The notes under the pieces were generated by a model that saw only the letters and a list, made by a program, of their open reading frames with translations, was not told where the DNA came from and did not search any database. A stretch of 63,285 nucleotides of DNA, the filler included, from Aduncisulcus paluster (Eukaryota), in assembly GCA_024181965.1 (NCBI GenBank). It is 13 parts of 13 records of this genome, joined end to end, with 100 filler letters (N's around TTAATTAATTAA, not from the genome) between each part and the next. Parts side by side here need not be neighbours in the genome. Positions count along the whole stretch, not along the records: positions 59,402 to 63,285 come from BQXS01011634.1; 12 more parts are not named here. One strand, written 5' to 3'. A program made the translations under genes and the position numbers. Numbering within the stretch: position 1 is the first letter of the stretch; the number at the start of each line of letters is the position of its first letter. Positions 59,404 to 63,285 of the stretch are shown here, in pieces.

Positions 59404-62400
59404 GGTCTTGTAGATTCCGATCTCTTATCCATTGTGCATCTTGCTCTCGATGAGTTGAATGTTGCACACAATTCCCTTGTTGACATCTCTCCTTTATATC
59501 ATCTGAATGGTGACTTGGCCACACTCGACATCAGTTACAATTCCATCTGTCTTGATGGAGTTGATTATGATGATGGTTCTGCATTGTATGATTTCTTCCC
59601 TGAAGCTGATGCAAGTTCTAATCCTCCTTCCATCACATCTTCCTCACAGGACACTTCTTCCTGTGGTTTCTGTTCATCCTCTGAGACTGCTGGAGATGGT
59701 GCTGGAGATGGTGCTGGAGATCCCGTTATTCATTGTTCAGATACTTCTTCTGCCGCGTCACTTTCCTCCAACACGATCTGTCGTAAAGTGTGGGACTGGA
59801 CGGAAACTGTTGAAGGAGCAGATGATGGCTCTGGTGGAGTGACCACAACCACTACTACTTCCCACGAACAATGGAGTGTTGAGTGTAATCTGTATAGTTA
59901 CAAAGTAGACAATGGAGATGAAGCGTCAAGTTCATGTGTGTCATATCTTGATGAATCGGATAACTACACTCCTCCTGACACATTCCCCACGTGTGTTGAA
60001 TCATCCATGGATAATTTAAATGCTGAATGCTCCGACCTGACAGGTTCTGATATTTCTTGTATTGAAGGATGGTATTCCATAATGTCAACGGATGAATTTT
60101 GTATTTATGAATGCCCTTCACAAGAGAATGAAGGCATTTTACTCCCTTGTGGAGGGGAAGAGTATGGAACTTGTGATGTGGCCTCCCATGTATGTACTTG
60201 TGAAAATAGTTATACTGGTGATTCGTGTCAATATGTCAATTTTACTAGCAGTATGCTCGAATTATCGATATGCAATCTTGATGAAATCGATTGTAGTGGC
60301 TCTGATGGACATTTGACACTCTCTGTCCTCTCTTCTGTCACCAAACTTGACCTATCCGATGTTTCTCTTGTGTCTGAAGATGATGAATATTCGATTTCTG
60401 ATGCTCTTGATGGGTTGAGGTTCGCTACATCCCTTGAAGAGCTTGATCTGAGTGTTTCAGAGTTCACTGTTGGTCTGACATATGACTTATCTGAATTGAG
60501 TGAGCTATCTTCTCTCAAAACTTTGAACCTTAGTGGTAATGATATGTCTTCAACAGCTGAACCCTCGTGTGAGTCCAATCTTGCTGCACTTCCATCTTCT
60601 TTGACCACTTTGATATTGGATAATGTCGGACTTGAGGAGACAGATGCCGATTTCTCTGGGTTTTCTCAACTCGCTACTCTGTCAGTACGTGATAATCCGA
60701 CTTTCAACCCCGAAGATGATGAAGAATTCACGGCTAGCTCCCGTTTCCCAACTTCATTGCAAAATCTCAACATTGGTGGTTGTTCTGAGATTTCGGATAT
60801 CTCATTTGTTCCAACTTATCTCACAACTCTGGTTGCTGATGGATGTTCTCTTGACGAAACCACTGATTTCTCTGCCTTTTTAAGCCTTACGACTCTTGGT
60901 GTGTCTGATAATTTGGATTATGATGTCACGAATGAAGTATGTTTGCCTGAATCTGTCACATCATTTTACGCTGCAAACACTTCAATTTCTCAAATAGATG
61001 AGATATCTATTATGTTACCAAATGTTGTGAACCTTGATTTGAGTGATAACAGCATCTCTGATCCATCTCCATTGTTCTCACTCTCCTCGACTCTCACCAC
61101 ACTTGATCTGAGTGGTAACAATATCTGTGGAATTAGTGATGTTGAAGATGTAAATACGTTCGTCGATGCTTTTTCTTCTTTATCAACAAATGCATTTTCT
61201 GTGTTCACCAATAATAAGTGTTTGTGTGATGATTCCACATCATCTTCCATATCACTCTCATCCAATATCGTCTGTTCTGAGATTTGGACAGATGAGTATT
61301 CTGCAACATGCTGTTCATCGTGTTACACCGATGTGAGTTCATCCTCATTATCTTGTGTGCTCATCGATGATGAAGATACCGATTTGTATGTCACGTGCTC
61401 TGATCTGAGTCTCTCGGGTACCAATCAAAAGTGCATTGGAATAGGCTCCGATGGGTCTATAAGTGACATCTCCCTTGTGTGTTCTGAAGGATGGTATGGT
61501 GACGATTGTCTGTCCGAATGTCCTGTTGATGAGTATGGGTATGAATGTGGGAATGCTGATGGAACCGATAATAATCCTTGTGACTCTGAAACACACACAT
61601 GCACCTGCTCTTCATCTTCATCGTCACTTCTCATGACTGGTGACCTGTGTGAGATTGAGAGTGGAGTGACACTACTGTCTTCCCTTGGGATGGATGTTGC
61701 CCTCGTTGAAGCTATCTGTGAGTCCATGTATGTTGATGATGCAGATGTTCAATCGTTATGTTCTTCTTCTGCTGCCGAAAACATTCTCTCCTCGCTGACT
61801 GTGGATGATCTCTCCACCATCACATCTCTCACCATCCCAACCACCGTGTCTTCCCTCTCAGGGCTTGAATATGCCGAGCATCTTGAGATCCTTTCGTTTG
61901 CACAGGGGAACATTCTCATCTCTGATCTATCACCCATTGCATCCTTATCCTCGTTGTATGTGCTTGAGCTTGATTCGCTTGAAAACATGGATGTATCACT
62001 TCTGAGCACATTGACGGATGATGTCGGTGCTCTAAAGATGGATCTTGAGTCTGACACTTCACGCTGGAATGGAACGTCTGAATCGTACTGTGTCGGTTTG
62101 TGCTCGTTGCGAAAGCTTCGTATCAGTGGACTTGACAATGATGTTGGAGTTGACTCATCCTCACACTCAGCATTTGATTCCTTTGTCAAAGTGGAAGCAT
62201 CATCATTTATACTTGATTCATCGTTTACTTCTTTGCTGAACAACCTATCCATGTGCAGTGGTCAGTGTGTCAGCAGTGATGATGATGGAACGAAAGTGTA
62301 TCCATTGTCATCCACTCTGACACATCTTGATCTGTCCTCCAATGATATCTCTGACCCTACCATCGTTTCACTGCAGCCTGGTTTCTCTGGTGTGACACAT

Positions 62401-63285
62401 CTGACTCTGAGTGACAACTCCATCTCTGACCTTGTTCTGTTGCAACAAGCTATTGATGGTCTTGGGAATGTCGCATATGTTGATGTGAGTGACAATAGAC
62501 TCGATTGTGGGTCGACTGTGTCTGACTGTACTGAACTACTTAATAACCTTTGTGATCGGGATCTTTATGACACTAGTTCCTTTAGTGCTGTTGATTTCGG
62601 TAGTGGTGATGTTTTAGGGTCTGTTTCCCAGGATACAACTTCTGCATGTGGATCTGATTCTTCCTCTTCCTCTTCATCTTCTTCTGATTCGTGCTCATAT
62701 CTGGAAGATCATCGTGTGTGTGGAGTCGATTATTCTGTGGATGATGTTGATGACACTGAGTTGGCATGCATCTGTGGGTCAGGATACTATGAAGACATAT
62801 CCTCTGGTGAATGTGTGTTAGCTTCTTCTTCTCCTTCTTCTTCTTCTTCTTCTTCTTCTGCATGCTCCAACTGTGGTGGTGAGCGTGGTACATGTGTGTA
62901 TGATGCTGACTCTGACTCTGGTGATGAATCCTCCCCACTATTCTGTGAGTGTTCAGATGGATGGTATGGCACTGATTGTTCATCAATTTGTCCTGTTTCT
63001 GATGATCTTGGTTTGTGCAGTGGATCTTCTCATGGAACATGTGATGCTGCCACCCATACATGTGTGTGTGAGTCTGGGTATTATGGTTCAGCATGCAACC
63101 TCTATTGTGATAGTTTGTCAAGATGTGGACTGCATGGTCAGTGTGCTGTTGATCTATTTTCTGATTATTCTTCTGAGACATTGTATTGTGAATGCGATGC
63201 TGGATGGTATGGGTCAATATGCTCCTACAAATATCCTGTTGAGACTGCTAATTCCGTTGATTATGTGTGTGGAATTAATTACTCT
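59404..63285 (+). CDS. LRR + EGF-like repeat surface protein (partial, ~1290 codons), not in the ORF track
   Basis: Frame beginning GLVDSDLLSIVHL...NSLVDISPLY appears open to the window end. LRR blocks ending in NxIC alternate with Cys-rich and EGF-like units (CECSDGWYGTDC, CSGSSHGTC, CESGYYGSAC). Confidence 0.88.

Overview
This window is not one locus. It is 13 short scaffolds of a compact, AT-rich, intron-poor eukaryotic genome, joined by 12 artificial 100-nt spacers (N-run, TTAATTAATTAA, N-run). Eight internal 20-N gaps are each flanked by an unmerged direct duplication. An axonemal dynein, GTATGT-type introns and an expanded LRR/Cys-rich surface family suggest a flagellated protist, possibly a fornicate/metamonad (an impression, not a database result). 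Recognisable content: three giant LRR + Cys/EGF-like surface proteins, gamma-glutamyl hydrolase, an R2-like non-LTR retrotransposon ORF with 87-bp tandem repeats, eIF1A, a two-domain adenosine deaminase, a class I HDAC, a signal peptide peptidase, a Nug1/GNL3-like GTPase, an Air/ZCCHC7-like zinc-knuckle protein, an orphan dynein heavy chain C-terminus, tRNA-Trp(CCA), a kinase fragment and DPH7. Three observations stand out. (1) The tRNA-Trp(CCA) has a 4-bp anticodon stem (U27:U43), the architecture linked to UGA decoding, although UGA is the commonest stop codon here. (2) An intact, start-less dynein C-terminal exon sits mid-scaffold and is a trans-splicing candidate. (3) The LRR paralogs consist of GC-rich constant blocks flanking AT-rich variable cassettes, and one copy has an in-frame TAA exactly at the junction.
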